Source of the DNA: Nitrospinales bacterium
Lineage (GTDB): Bacteria; Nitrospinota; Nitrospinia; Nitrospinales; VA-1
Length of the DNA: 64,000 nt
NCBI GenBank assembly: GCA_965223795.1
Contig: CBDCXL010000002.1
Span: 320,001 to 384,000, forward strand
Direction of reading: 5' to 3'
Part shown: piece after piece, positions 1 through 10,239 of the stretch
Layout: every line of letters begins with the position of its first letter
How positions within the stretch are numbered: position 1 is the stretch's first letter
Position numbers and translations under genes: made by a program
The notes under the pieces: generated by a model
Database searches by the model: none
Seen by the model: the letters and a program-made list of their open reading frames with translations, nothing else
Told to the model about the DNA's origin: nothing

Positions 1-831
1 GATGTTGATCACCTCATCGACCTGCCGGTCGACCTGAGCAAGGATGGACGACAGCAGGCTGGAAGGCAGACCGACGGTTTCCCATGCCTTCGTGTCCAGG
101 GGAGGAACGCTGTGTTCCCCGCTGGACCCGATCTCCAGCGCGTGCGCGAGGATGTCGCCCAGATGCGAGATGGAGGCTTCGACCGTGTATTTTCCCGCCT
201 CTGCGGGACGGTGGTGATACTGGACCGCGTGCACCAGGCATTCGGGCAGGTTCCATTTTTTCATCAGCGCCCCGCCGACGTCCGAATGGTCCAGTCCCAG
301 CACATCGCGTTCGGCCTGGTACAACAGGGTTCCCTTTTCGTAACGCTCGAACACTTTGCCCATTTCTTCGGGCACGGAGATGTACAGCAGAAGCCGGCCC
401 ACATCGTGCAGCAGACCGGTCAGGTAATAGCGTTCGGGGTTGGATTCGTTGCGGTACACCGACACCACTCTTGCGGCGAGGCCCGAGGCGATGCTGTGGC
501 ACCAGAACGACTGCATGTCCACCACGTCGCGGGGAACGCCCTTGAAGCTGCTGACGACGGACGTCGCGAGCGCCAGATCGCGAAGCTGCGCCATGCCCAC
601 GATGGTCACGGCGTGCGTGATGGTTTCGATCTGCGATGAAAACCCGAAATACGAACTGTTCACCAGACGCAGCAGCCTTGCGGACAGCGAGGAATCGTTG
701 CTGATGATCTGGCCCAAATGGGCGAACGAGGTCTCCGGATTTTCAACCGCCTCGTTGATCTGATAAAAAATCGAAGGCAGGGAGGCCAGCTCCACGGACC
801 CTTCGATCAGATCTTCGACTGCATGTGCCAT
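1..831 (-). CDS. HDOD domain signal-transduction protein (3' end runs off the window)
   Basis: Not in ORF track (no stop in window). Manual translation from ATG at 831: MAHAVEDLIEGSVELASLPSIFYQINEAVENPETS...LSARLLRLVNSSYFG...FWCHSIASG...GLLHDVGRL...WNLPECLVHAVQYHH, the typical HDOD motif series. Confidence 0.9.
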   Translation of the reverse strand, partial: MAHAVEDLIEGSVELASLPSIFYQINEAVENPETSFAHLGQIISNDSSLSARLLRLVNSSYFGFSSQIETITHAVTIVGMAQLRDLALATSVVSSFKGVPRDVVDMQSFWCHSIASGLAARVVSVYRNESNPERYYLTGLLHDVGRLLLYISVPEEMGKVFERYEKGTLLYQAERDVLGLDHSDVGGALMKKWNLPECLVHAVQYHHRPAEAGKYTVEASISHLGDILAHALEIGSSGEHSVPPLDTKAWETVGLPSSLLSSILAQVDRQVDEVINI

Positions 832-834
832 GAA

Positions 835-1173
835 TCACCCCTCTTTGCGGGATTCGACTTTCCGCAGAATGCAAAGGTCCACCAGTTCCATGATCGCCGG
901 ATGGCGCCGGTCGTTGTAACGGAACAGGACGTCGATTTCGTTTTGAATGTCCTCGGGAACCACGTCGGGCTTAATGCCCAAAGACAGATTCGGACTGGTT
1001 TCCTCGGCGATCAGCTCGACGTCCACCTCGGTGATGCCCCAGGCTTTGAACGTGCGGATGTGTTTCGCCGTGACCTCGTGGCCGGACGTCAATAGCAGCC
1101 TGCCGGTGCGGTCCACCACGTTTTTCTCCAGGACCATTCCCGGTTTGAGTTTGTTGATCCGGATCACCGCCAT
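835..1173 (-). CDS. small protein resembling the N-terminal module of HD-GYP proteins; co-transcribed with the HDOD gene
   Basis: LKPGMVLEKNVVDRTGRLLLTSGHEVT motif; stop lies 3 bp from the HDOD start. Confidence 0.7.
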   Translation of the reverse strand: MAVIRINKLKPGMVLEKNVVDRTGRLLLTSGHEVTAKHIRTFKAWGITEVDVELIAEETSPNLSLGIKPDVVPEDIQNEIDVLFRYNDRRHPAIMELVDLCILRKVESRKEG

Positions 1174-1800
1174 GCGCGGGGCTTCCTTATATAAATGAGG
1201 ATTTATGAAGAGGTTGGGTGTGAGCCGGGTTTTTGCGGCCTGTTTCGCGACAATGCCTGCCCCCAGTACAGAAATCCTCCCTCATTATCACCTATTTTAG
1301 CAAAAACCACTGAAATTCAAGTCTAACACACTCGCCTTTGGATTGGAATATACTCTTAATTTTTAATACTTTATCCACAAATCACGGCGGTTGCGGCGGC
1401 GCTTTGGCAAATCCGGCGAGCGCCTTGAAAAACCCCTGCATGAGGCTCCCCCCGCCCCGGCCCCGTTCCCCGGAACTCCTTTTTAATAAAAGCGTATCCC
1501 GGTCCTGTCCGGCGGCCCCCGGCCGCAAATGAGGGCAGACGGCGGGAAAGCCGCCGCGAAGGATGGAAAATGCCCAACGTATCGGTTATAGTTGCGCGAC
1601 CCCCCCATGACGTTTTCGATTCCGGCGACCGAAACCCCGGAAAACGGGTGCTTTTTGCTTTGGTTTGCCCTCATTCGGTCGATAAGTCTTGTGATGCCAT
1701 CATGCGGAGCAGTTTGCCGTCCGCCAGGGCTCCCGGGGCTGTGGCACCGTTTCCAGGGCGTATGAGGGTTTTCAAACAGCTCGACTGCGGGAGAGGAACA

Positions 1801-3033
1801 ATGGAAAAAGAGATTACGGCTCTTGGAGACAGCGGCGACGTCCTGTTCATGATGCTGGGTGCGGTCATGGTCTTTGCCATGCACGGAGGATTCGCGTTTC
1901 TGGAAGTGGGAACGGTCCGGAAGAAAAATCAGGTCAACGCGCTGGTGAAAATCCTGGTGGATTTCGCGGTGTCCACCGTCATTTATTTTCTCATCGGCTA
2001 TTCGATCGCCTACGGCATCTATTTTTACCAGTCGGCAACCGGACTGGTGGCGGAAAAGCAGGGCTACGAACTGGTGCACTTCTTCTTTCTGCTCACCTTC
2101 GCGGCGGCGATCCCGGCCATCATTTCCGGCGGCATCGCGGAACGGGCCAAGTTCTGGACGCAGGTCTTGGCGGCGGCCATCTTCGTGGCCTTCATCTACC
2201 CGTTGTTCGAGGGCATGGTCTGGGGCCGGATCACTTTTCTCGGGCAGGACGGCTCCTGGCTCGCCGGGATTTCCGGCGGCGTGCCCTTTCACGATTACGC
2301 GGGATCGGTGGTGGTGCACTCGGTGGGCGGCTGGATCGCCCTGGCCGGCGTCTACGTGCTCGGCCCGCGCCTGGGGCGCTGGGATTCCAAGGGCAGAAGC
2401 CGGCCGATTCCGGTGAGCAACGTGCCGTTCCTCGCGCTCGGCAGCTGGATGCTGTGCGTCGGCTGGTTCGGCTTCAACGTCATGTCGGCGGCGACGCTCG
2501 ACGCCATCTCGGGACTCGTCGCCATGAACTCGCTGTTCGCCATGGCCGGCGGCATCCTGGTGGCGCTGGTGATCTCGAAAAACGATCCGGGATTCATCCA
2601 CAACGGCGCGCTCGCGGGCCTGGTGGCGATCTGTGCCGGATCGGACGTGGTGCATCCCATCGGTGCGTTCGTCATCGGCGGCATCGCGGCGGTGATCTTC
2701 GTCAAGGGATTCACCTGGGAACAGGAAAAACTCAAACTCGACGACGTGCTCGGCGTGTGGCCGCTGCACGGCATCTCCGGCACCTGGGGCGGCATCGCCT
2801 GCGGCATCTTCGGTCAGGAAGCGCTCGGCGGCCTGGGCGGCGTCAGTTTCGTGGCGCAGACCGTGGGCTCGCTGATCGCCATCGTCATCGCGGCAGGACT
2901 GGGATTCGTGGTCTACAAAGTGCTGGATTCGATGTTCGGCATCCGGCTCTCTCCCGAAGAGGAAGGCCAGGGCTCCGACCTTTCGATCCACAAACTGGGC
3001 TCCTATCCCGAGGAAGGCACCACCCGGTTCTGA
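1801..3033 (+). CDS. amt: ammonium transporter (Amt family)
   Basis: Multiple TM helices, DYAGSVVVH, GWFGFN, NGALAGLVAI, DDVLGVWPLHG (both pore His kept); GAGAGGA RBS before ATG 1801. Confidence 0.95.
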   Translation: MEKEITALGDSGDVLFMMLGAVMVFAMHGGFAFLEVGTVRKKNQVNALVKILVDFAVSTVIYFLIGYSIAYGIYFYQSATGLVAEKQGYELVHFFFLLTFAAAIPAIISGGIAERAKFWTQVLAAAIFVAFIYPLFEGMVWGRITFLGQDGSWLAGISGGVPFHDYAGSVVVHSVGGWIALAGVYVLGPRLGRWDSKGRSRPIPVSNVPFLALGSWMLCVGWFGFNVMSAATLDAISGLVAMNSLFAMAGGILVALVISKNDPGFIHNGALAGLVAICAGSDVVHPIGAFVIGGIAAVIFVKGFTWEQEKLKLDDVLGVWPLHGISGTWGGIACGIFGQEALGGLGGVSFVAQTVGSLIAIVIAAGLGFVVYKVLDSMFGIRLSPEEEGQGSDLSIHKLGSYPEEGTTRF

Positions 3034-3055
3034 GTCCACCGCGACAGAAAGGAAT

Positions 3056-5317
3056 ATGATCCGTCTCTTCGCTTTCGCTCTCATTCTGTTTTTTCTGCCT
3101 GCGGCGGCCTCGGCGTTCGAGAAGAAAATCGAGGCCTACAGACAGGCCATTGAGGACGACCCCAGAGACTACGCGCCGCATTTCGGCCTCGGCCGGACGT
3201 ATCAGGTGCTGGGGTTTCATGACAAGGCGATCGCCGAGTTCAAGCAGGCGCTCAAGCTCGAGCCCTTGTTCGCGGCGGCGCATCAGGGCATCGGCGCCAG
3301 CTACGGCGAGCTGCGCCAGTACAAGAAAGCGGCGGCGGCGTACCTGGAAGCCACGCGCCTGGACCCCAATTTCGCGGAAGGCCAGTACGGACTGGGCTGG
3401 GCGCTGGAAAAACAGAGCCGCTGCAAAAAAGCGCTGAAGCCGCTCCTGATCGCACTCAGGCTGGATCCCGGCCTGGCGGCGGCGCGGCTCACGCTGGGCC
3501 GGTGCTATCACAAGCTCAAGCGCCACAAAGAAGCGGTGATCGAATTCGAAGCGTCGCTGGGCAGCGATCCGCTGGCGCTGGAAGCGCATTTCGGTCTGGG
3601 GCAAAGCCGCCTCGCGCTGAAAAATTTCGACGGCGCCATCGAAGCCTTCCAGGACGTTCTCGATCTCAATCCCAACTACTTTGAAGCGCACACCGGCATC
3701 GGCCGGGCGCATGTGCAGGCCGGGCGCTATCTCCTGGCGCTCAAGCCGCTCAAAAAAGCGCTGCTGGTCAATCCGAAGGAAGCCGCGGCATACGACCTGC
3801 TGGGCACCGCCTACCGTCACCTGGGAAAATACCGGCAATCGCTGGAAGCCTACCTCAAGCTGGCGGCGCTCCGCTTCCGCGATCCCACCGCGCATTTCAA
3901 GGTGGGCATGGCCCACCGCCGGCTGGGAAACAAAGCGCAGGCGCTGAAAAGCCTGGGCGAAGCGGTGCGGCTCAATGCGGATTACGGCGCGGCGTACTTT
4001 CACATGGCGCGCATCCACGAATCGCTCGAGCAGTACGAGGAGGCGATCGCGCATTACCTGGAAGCGGTGCGCGTCCATCCCAAACACGTGGAGGCTTACT
4101 TCAATATCGGCCGCATTCACGAACGCATGAAGCGCTATCGCCTCGCGGCGGACGCCTACCGGCACGTGACGCGGCTCAAGCCGGACCACTTCACGGCATT
4201 CGCCCGGATGGGCGGGTGCTTTCTGATCCTCAAGTGGAACGATCAGGCGCGCGAGGCGTTCGAAAAGGCGATCGCCATCCGGCCCGATTCGGCGCAGACC
4301 CATTTCAATCTGGCCCTGACGCTGATCGATCTGGAGCTTTACCAGGAAGCGATCGCGCCGCTCATCCGCACGCTCCGGCTCGACCCCAAACTCAAGCGGG
4401 CGCACTACGAACTGGGTTTCGTGTACCTCAGCCTCAAACAGTATGAAAAAGCCATCGCACCGCTCAAGGAAGCGGTGCGGTCCGATCCGGAAAACGCGCT
4501 GGCGCGGTTCAGCCTGGGTCTTGCGTACAGCGAGATCGGCGATCATGTCACGGCGGTGCCGCACCTGGAAGCGTCGATCCGCATCGCGCCGCAATTGTCG
4601 CGGGCGCATTACTTCCTCGCTATCGGTTACACCAAACTGTCGCGTTTCGAGGATGCGGTCGCGCCTTTCAAGGAAGCGGTGCGGCTGTCGCCGGATTTCA
4701 CCGAAGCGTACAGCCGGCTGGGCGCCGTCTACTGGCAGCTCGAACGCTACCCGGAAGCGATCGCCACCTATCAGGTCGCGGCCAAGCTGAAACCCGACCT
4801 GCTGCAGACGTTCATCAGCCTGGGCTCGATCCACACTCTGATCGAGCAGCACGAAGAGGCGATCAAGAATTTCAAGGAAGTGCTGCGCATCGCCCCCAAC
4901 CACGTGCAGGCGCATTATAGCCTGGGACTGGTCTACGACGTGATGGGCCGCTACGAGGAGGCGATGGCGGAATTCAACCAGGTGATCCTCATGGACCCGG
5001 CGAACGCGGACGCCTACTCCAGCCTGGGCTGGACGCTCATCGAGATGAACCGGCACCTGGAAGCGGAAAAACCGCTCAAGCAGGCGATCCGTCTCAACCC
5101 GAAAAACGCGGACGCGTATTTCAACCTGGGATGGGTGTACGGCGAGATGAAACGCTACCGCGACGCGATCCCGCAGCTCAGGCAGGCACTGACCCTGAAC
5201 CCCGGCCATTCGGGAGCGCAGGAACGGCTGCGCTTCGCGCAGAGCGCGCTGAGCGGAAACGGCCCTTCGTTGCAGAAAGCCGCACCCCCAAAACCCTCCA
5301 TCATCATCACGCCTTAA
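3056..5317 (+). CDS. exported tetratricopeptide-repeat protein (~20 TPRs)
   Basis: Signal peptide (ASA-F) followed by 34-aa repeats such as AHFNLA/AYFNLG...EAI..L..A.RL.P. Confidence 0.9.
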   Translation: MIRLFAFALILFFLPAAASAFEKKIEAYRQAIEDDPRDYAPHFGLGRTYQVLGFHDKAIAEFKQALKLEPLFAAAHQGIGASYGELRQYKKAAAAYLEATRLDPNFAEGQYGLGWALEKQSRCKKALKPLLIALRLDPGLAAARLTLGRCYHKLKRHKEAVIEFEASLGSDPLALEAHFGLGQSRLALKNFDGAIEAFQDVLDLNPNYFEAHTGIGRAHVQAGRYLLALKPLKKALLVNPKEAAAYDLLGTAYRHLGKYRQSLEAYLKLAALRFRDPTAHFKVGMAHRRLGNKAQALKSLGEAVRLNADYGAAYFHMARIHESLEQYEEAIAHYLEAVRVHPKHVEAYFNIGRIHERMKRYRLAADAYRHVTRLKPDHFTAFARMGGCFLILKWNDQAREAFEKAIAIRPDSAQTHFNLALTLIDLELYQEAIAPLIRTLRLDPKLKRAHYELGFVYLSLKQYEKAIAPLKEAVRSDPENALARFSLGLAYSEIGDHVTAVPHLEASIRIAPQLSRAHYFLAIGYTKLSRFEDAVAPFKEAVRLSPDFTEAYSRLGAVYWQLERYPEAIATYQVAAKLKPDLLQTFISLGSIHTLIEQHEEAIKNFKEVLRIAPNHVQAHYSLGLVYDVMGRYEEAMAEFNQVILMDPANADAYSSLGWTLIEMNRHLEAEKPLKQAIRLNPKNADAYFNLGWVYGEMKRYRDAIPQLRQALTLNPGHSGAQERLRFAQSALSGNGPSLQKAAPPKPSIIITP

Positions 5318-5619
5318 AGAAAAAGCGGCCTCGCGCAACACCCCCAGGGTGCCGCCGCCAAAACGCAAAGTGAAAAACTGGACAGAATAGAACTCTGGGG
5401 CAAAAAAGCGAAAACCTGTTTCAACCGCAAAGACGCAAAGAGCGCAAAGGAAAAAACTTACTCTTCCCACTTGGGGGGAGAGGATTGCGTCGAGCAAAGC
5501 TCGACACCCGTTTATTGAATTACTGGAGGTGTCTCGGGTGAGAGGGGGGCTTTGGGGCTTTGCGCGAACCCGATTTTTTGTTTGATCCTGCCTTTATCCT
5601 GTCAATCCTGTCCCGGTTT
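5318..5619. repeat. intergenic mosaic of short repeat families (CGCAAAG tandem, CCCTCTCCC-type REP, ATCCTG tandem)
   Basis: ccgcaaagacgcaaagagcgcaaag near 5424-5449; ctcttcccacttggggggagagg...gggtgagagggggg at 5461-5549; atcctgcctttatcctgtcaatcctgtc near 5585-5612. Confidence 0.65.
5489..5536. repeat. 48-bp hairpin mini-element, copy 1
   Basis: GTCGAGC-AAA-GCTCGAC-ACCCG-N10-TACTGGAGGTG; 36/48 identical to 61584-61631. Confidence 0.7.
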
Positions 5620-7113
5620 TCAGCGGCGGCCTTTTTTGAGGAAGGAGCCCAGGATGCCGCGCACCAGCTCGCGCCCGACGGTGCGGCCGATGGTGCGGAT
5701 CATGGATTTGATCCCCGCTTCGGCGAACCCCTGTCTGCGGCTGCCGCCTTTGGATTTGCGCGCCTCTTTTTCGGCGGCTTCCTGCTCTGCGGCGGCCGCG
5801 GCTGCTTTTTCGCTCTCTTCCGCGCGCTTGAGCAGGATCTCGTAGGCGGACTCGCGGTCCAGGGTGGCCTCGTAGCGCTGCTTCATCCGGCTGCTGTCGA
5901 TGATCGCCTGCCGTTCATTTTTTTTCACCGGCCCCATGCGCGAGGCGGGCGGACGGATCAGCGTGCGTTCCACGGGTGTGGGGCTGCCTTTTTGATCGAG
6001 GGTGGACACCAGCGCCTCCCCCACTCCCAGCTCCTGGATGACTTCGGCGGCGTTGAGTTTCGGGTTGGGGCGGAAGGTTTCCGCCACGGCGCGCACGGTT
6101 TTCTTGTCTTTCGGGGTGAAGGCGCGCAGCGCATGCTGGACGCGGTTGCCGAGCTGCCCCAGGATGTCTTCGGGGATGTCGAGCGGGCTCTGGGTGATGA
6201 AGAAAACGCCGACGCCTTTGGAGCGGATCAGGCGCACGACCTGTTCCACCTTGTCCAGCAGGGAGCGCGGCGCGTCCTCGAACAGCAGGTGCACCTCGTC
6301 GAAGAAGAACACCAGCTCGGGCTTGTCCGGATCGCCCACTTCCGGCAGCTCCTCGAACAGTTCGGACAGCAGCCAGAGCAGGAACGTCGCGTACAGCTTC
6401 GGCGACTGCATCAGCTTGTCGGCGGCGAGGATGTTGATCACGCCGCGGGAGTTGCGGTCGGTAACCATGAAGTCGCGCAGATCGAGGGCGGGCTCGCCGA
6501 AAAAGGATTTCGCTCCCTGCTGCTCGAGCGTCAACAGCCGGCGCTGGATGGCGCCGACGGACACCTTGCTCACGTGGCCGTATTCGGTGGTCAGCTCCTT
6601 GGCGTTTTCTCCCACAAAGTTCAGCAGCGAGCGCAGGTCCTTGAGATCGAGGATCAGCAGGCCCTCGTGGTCGGCCACCCGGAACGCCACGTTGAGCACG
6701 CCTTCCTGCGTGTCGTTGAGTTCCAGCAGGCGGGACAGCAAAAGCGGTCCCATCTCCGACATGGTGGTGCGAACCGGATGCCCCTGTTTGCCGAACAGGT
6801 CCCAGAACACGACCGGACTGGGCTCGAACTTATAATCGGTGAGGCCGATGGTCCGGGCGCGTTCCTGAAGCTTGCCGAGCAGTTTCTGCGGCGGGTCGCC
6901 GGCCTGGCTGATTCCCGACAGGTCGCCCTTGACGTCGGCCATGAACACGGGCACGCCCTGGCGGGAAAAGGCCTCGGCCATGATCTGCAGGGTGACGGTC
7001 TTGCCGGTGCCGGTGGCTCCCGCGATGAGACCGTGCCGGTTGGCGCGCCTCAGTAAAAGTCGCTGGGGCGTTTCACCGCTTCCGAGAAAAATGGATGTCG
7101 CATCGTCTGCCAT
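5620..7113 (-). CDS. HerA-like P-loop ATPase, DUF853/YjgR family
   Basis: [16 protein letters not shown]alker [39 protein letters not shown]. Confidence 0.92.
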   Translation of the reverse strand: MADDATSIFLGSGETPQRLLLRRANRHGLIAGATGTGKTVTLQIMAEAFSRQGVPVFMADVKGDLSGISQAGDPPQKLLGKLQERARTIGLTDYKFEPSPVVFWDLFGKQGHPVRTTMSEMGPLLLSRLLELNDTQEGVLNVAFRVADHEGLLILDLKDLRSLLNFVGENAKELTTEYGHVSKVSVGAIQRRLLTLEQQGAKSFFGEPALDLRDFMVTDRNSRGVINILAADKLMQSPKLYATFLLWLLSELFEELPEVGDPDKPELVFFFDEVHLLFEDAPRSLLDKVEQVVRLIRSKGVGVFFITQSPLDIPEDILGQLGNRVQHALRAFTPKDKKTVRAVAETFRPNPKLNAAEVIQELGVGEALVSTLDQKGSPTPVERTLIRPPASRMGPVKKNERQAIIDSSRMKQRYEATLDRESAYEILLKRAEESEKAAAAAAEQEAAEKEARKSKGGSRRQGFAEAGIKSMIRTIGRTVGRELVRGILGSFLKKGRR

Positions 7114-7232
7114 GAGTCGGGGTTCCTTCTCTTATCCCGGCGGCCGGACCGGGAAACGTGATCTGACACAAGGGAGCCGATGCCGCGGCTCTTCCCCATC
7201 GGCATCGCCCCTTGCCGGTACGCCGGGATGGA

Positions 7233-7640
7233 TCAGTGGGAAATCCGGGGTTCGAGGGTCTGGGCCTGTTCCACCCAGCGGGCCACCTGGCTGGGTTCCG
7301 GAACCGCGCGGGTGAGTTTTTTCTCCTCGTTGATTTCCTTCATCTTCGCGGCGAGGTTCTCGGCGTTGCGCTGTTTCAATTCTTTGACGGTGTCCACGCC
7401 CGCCGCTTCCAAAAGTTCCGCGAACTGTTTCCCCACTCCCGAGATGCGCATGAGATCGGCCATGTTGGCCCACCTGAGCAGAATGGAATCGTTGATTCCG
7501 GTTTTGCCGGCTGTGTCCTTACGTCCGGAGGCAGACCCGCAGGCATCGAGCAGATCCGTTGTTTTCAGAATGCCCACCTCCTCCAGCTTTTTGCCGTTGG
7601 CGGGTCCGATTCCCTCAATCTCCTGAATTTTATAACTCAT
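7233..7640 (-). CDS. DUF4332 helix-hairpin-helix protein
   Basis: IEGIGP, WANMADLMRISGVGKQFAELLEAAGVDTVKEL. Confidence 0.88.
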   Translation of the reverse strand: MSYKIQEIEGIGPANGKKLEEVGILKTTDLLDACGSASGRKDTAGKTGINDSILLRWANMADLMRISGVGKQFAELLEAAGVDTVKELKQRNAENLAAKMKEINEEKKLTRAVPEPSQVARWVEQAQTLEPRISH

Positions 7641-8051
7641 AGATTTCTCCTTTTCATTGTACCGCTCGTTGCGAATGGATTCTGATTGCTGTCAGAACTT
7701 CGGGAAAAAATCATGCTCCATAAAATTAAAAACCTGCCCGCGGGAGAGAGGCGAGGATTTCAGGACAAAACACACAGCCTGTACATGTCCGAATTTCTTG
7801 AGTTTTTTCACATCCTGCGTGCGGAGAACCCGCATCGGGATTTAGCTTACTTGCAACGGTTTGAAATTCCAAAAATATTTTTACCTCCCGCCGAAAAAAA
7901 ACGAAAAACACCTGCATTTATAGTTTCCTCGCATATCGGTGTTCCGTTTGCAGCGGGTTTCCCGGCTTGCCTGCACGCCGTCCACCGGTGTAAGCTGGCA
8001 GCGATTCCTTAATAAATGTTCATTCCCCAACGGTGAGGAGACAACGAGCTC

Positions 8052-8903
8052 ATGCGCTTTTCGAGATTCGGATCTTTGGGACGGGGCCGGCGGTCTGGAA
8101 AGCTGCGGCTGTGGCCGATCCTGCTGTTCGGCGTGTTTTTCGCCTACTACTATTTCAGCAACCAGGAGACGGTTCCCCTGACCGGCCGCACGCAGCTCGT
8201 GGACATGAGCCGCGAGCAGGAAGCGGCGCTGGGGCTGCAGTCCTACCGGCAGATTTTGGGCCAGTCCAGGGTGATCCCGCAGGGTGCGGCTGTGGACCGC
8301 GTCCGCGCCATCGGCCGCCGCCTGGCGAAAGCCGCGAGCGACGTGGACCCCGGATTCAAGTGGGAGTTCAACGTCATCGATTCGGATCAGGCCAACGCGT
8401 TCGCCCTGCCCGGCGGCAAGGTGGCGGTGTACACGGGCATCCTCGGCGTCGCCAAAAACGACGACGGCCTGAGCACCATCATGGGGCACGAGATCGCACA
8501 CGCCATCGCCCGGCACGGCGCGGAACGGATCTCGCACCAGAAGCTGGTGCAGTTCGGCACGCTGGCGGCGGGACTGGCGCTGGGCGAGATGGACGTGGGC
8601 ACGCAGAACATGGTGATGGCGGCGCTCGGAGTGGGGGCGCGTTTCGGCGTGCTGTTGCCGTTCTCGCGCGAGCACGAATCGGAAGCGGACTACATGGGGC
8701 TGGTGTTTCTGGCCAAAGCCTGTTTCGACCCGCGCGAAGCGCCGCGCCTGTGGGAGCGCATGGGGAAAGCCGCGGGCAAGGCGCCGGCGGAATTCATGTC
8801 CACCCACCCGAGCAGCGAAACGCGCATCCGCCAGTTCAAAGAATGGATGCCGGAAGCGCTCGACATCCGCAAGCGGCATTGCGCGGGGAAACCGTTGATC
8901 TGA
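8052..8903 (+). CDS. M48 family zinc metallopeptidase
   Basis: NAFALPGG, HEIAH, FSREHESEAD, STHP motifs; N-terminal TM anchor. Confidence 0.93.
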   Translation: MRFSRFGSLGRGRRSGKLRLWPILLFGVFFAYYYFSNQETVPLTGRTQLVDMSREQEAALGLQSYRQILGQSRVIPQGAAVDRVRAIGRRLAKAASDVDPGFKWEFNVIDSDQANAFALPGGKVAVYTGILGVAKNDDGLSTIMGHEIAHAIARHGAERISHQKLVQFGTLAAGLALGEMDVGTQNMVMAALGVGARFGVLLPFSREHESEADYMGLVFLAKACFDPREAPRLWERMGKAAGKAPAEFMSTHPSSETRIRQFKEWMPEALDIRKRHCAGKPLI

Positions 8904-8930
8904 TCTCCACGCGCAATCGAGTTTCCTGGC

Positions 8931-9374
8931 TCAAAGAACCAGCGGTTTGACGGTGAGCACGGCCTGCGGGTCGTCCCGCCAGATTGCGGGGTCGGCATCG
9001 ACGTACACCTCGATCTCGTTGCCGTCGGGGTCCTTGAGGTACAGGCTCTGCGACACGCCGTGGTCGGACTGGCCCTCGATTCTCACGCCGCCCCGCTCGA
9101 ATTCTTCTTTTGCGGCGCGCAGCTCGTCCAGCGAATCGCCGATCTTGAAGCCCAGGTGAAACAGCCCCGGCTCCCGCCCCTGAAGCGGCGGCTTGTCGCC
9201 GCCGGTCTCCAGAAGCAACAGTTCGTGATGCGTCCTGCCGCCGGTGAGCGCCGCGGCCTTGCCGTCGAACATCCGCGCCACCTCTGCAAAGCCGAGCAGG
9301 TCGCGGTAAAACTTCAGCGACCGCTCGATGTCCTTCACGTACAGGGCAACATGGCCCAGGTACTGGGTTTTCAT
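8931..9374 (-). CDS. single-domain VOC protein (extradiol dioxygenase-like)
   Basis: Start MKTQYLGHVAL; HHEL, FHLGF, DHG..SLYLKDPDGNEIE. Confidence 0.88.
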   Translation of the reverse strand: MKTQYLGHVALYVKDIERSLKFYRDLLGFAEVARMFDGKAAALTGGRTHHELLLLETGGDKPPLQGREPGLFHLGFKIGDSLDELRAAKEEFERGGVRIEGQSDHGVSQSLYLKDPDGNEIEVYVDADPAIWRDDPQAVLTVKPLVL

Positions 9375-9384
9375 GGCGCACCTC

Positions 9385-10212
9385 TTATTGAATGAGGGTG
9401 ATGTCGAATTCGCCCACGAGGCCGTCGGTGATTTTTCCTGTGGGATCTTTCTTGTATTCGACGATGAGCCGCTCTCGCTGCTCGGGCGTGTTCTTGTCGT
9501 CGTGCAGCACGAAATCCTTGGCATTCAGATCTTCGATGACCGCGATGTTTTCGATGTCCTTGCCCCGAAAATAAGCCTGCGTCACCAGTTGCGGATAACC
9601 GGGGGCGCTGACCATCATGTGCAGGTGCGCGGTGCGGAACCCGCCGTAGACGGGATAAAACCCGGGAACGATGGTTTTAAACCTGTAGCGGCCGTCTTTG
9701 TCCGTCATGGCGCGGCCCCAGTACTGAAAATTTTCGTCATGGGTGCGATGCACCATTTCCCCGGTTTCAGGGTGCTTGAAGCTGAAGTTGGGACCGTCGC
9801 CCTTGTGGTTGTAGCGGCCGCTCTTGGAGCACTGCCAGAGGATGATCGTCGCACCGGGAATCACTTCTTCGCCGAAATCGAAATTTTTTTCCGTCATCAC
9901 CCGGTTGCCCTTCACCTGGCCGCGCAGGTAGATCACCTGCCCTTTGGCTTTCCCGGATTTGCCTTTGACGAATGTCAGATCGTTGTCGTTGCCCTCGGCG
10001 ATGGGGCCGCTGAAATCCATGCGTTCGCGGATTTCAAATTCGGGATCGCCCTCGTCGGGATAATACGGCCCCAGCACCTGGCGGGGCGTTTCCTTGCCGA
10101 GCATCTGGCCGAACGCCGATCCGGCGGCCAGCGTGCCGGCGACCGCGCCCATCGTGCCCAGGCTGGCCTTTAAAAAATTCCGGCGTGTGGTGTTCTTTTC
10201 TTCGTGAGACAT
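9385..10212 (-). CDS. Tat-exported intradiol ring-cleavage dioxygenase (protocatechuate 3,4-dioxygenase beta-like)
   Basis: TRRNFLK Tat motif; GPYYP, WQC...GRY, PGFYP...RTAHLH with both Tyr and both His Fe ligands; GGAGG RBS before ATG 10212. Confidence 0.88.
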   Translation of the reverse strand: MSHEEKNTTRRNFLKASLGTMGAVAGTLAAGSAFGQMLGKETPRQVLGPYYPDEGDPEFEIRERMDFSGPIAEGNDNDLTFVKGKSGKAKGQVIYLRGQVKGNRVMTEKNFDFGEEVIPGATIILWQCSKSGRYNHKGDGPNFSFKHPETGEMVHRTHDENFQYWGRAMTDKDGRYRFKTIVPGFYPVYGGFRTAHLHMMVSAPGYPQLVTQAYFRGKDIENIAVIEDLNAKDFVLHDDKNTPEQRERLIVEYKKDPTGKITDGLVGEFDITLIQ

Positions 10213-10239
10213 GATGCGTTCCTCCATTTTTGGAATCCG

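Noticed and set aside
1371..1379. Perfect DnaA box TTATCCACA upstream of amt
   Set aside because: Single box with no cluster or dnaA context; not evidence of oriC.
1742..1757. TGGCAC upstream of amt as a sigma-54 promoter
   Set aside because: The -12 TTGC element is missing.
2885..5497. 870-aa minus-strand ORF, and similar long antisense ORFs (1483-3084, 5560-7056, 14231-16918, 25374-27296, 57060-58652)
   Set aside because: Shadows of well-supported genes on the opposite strand, expected with high-GC codon bias; no motifs.
7686..8012. 108-aa ORF in the AT-rich gap between divergent genes
   Set aside because: No RBS, atypical codon use; more likely a divergent promoter region.
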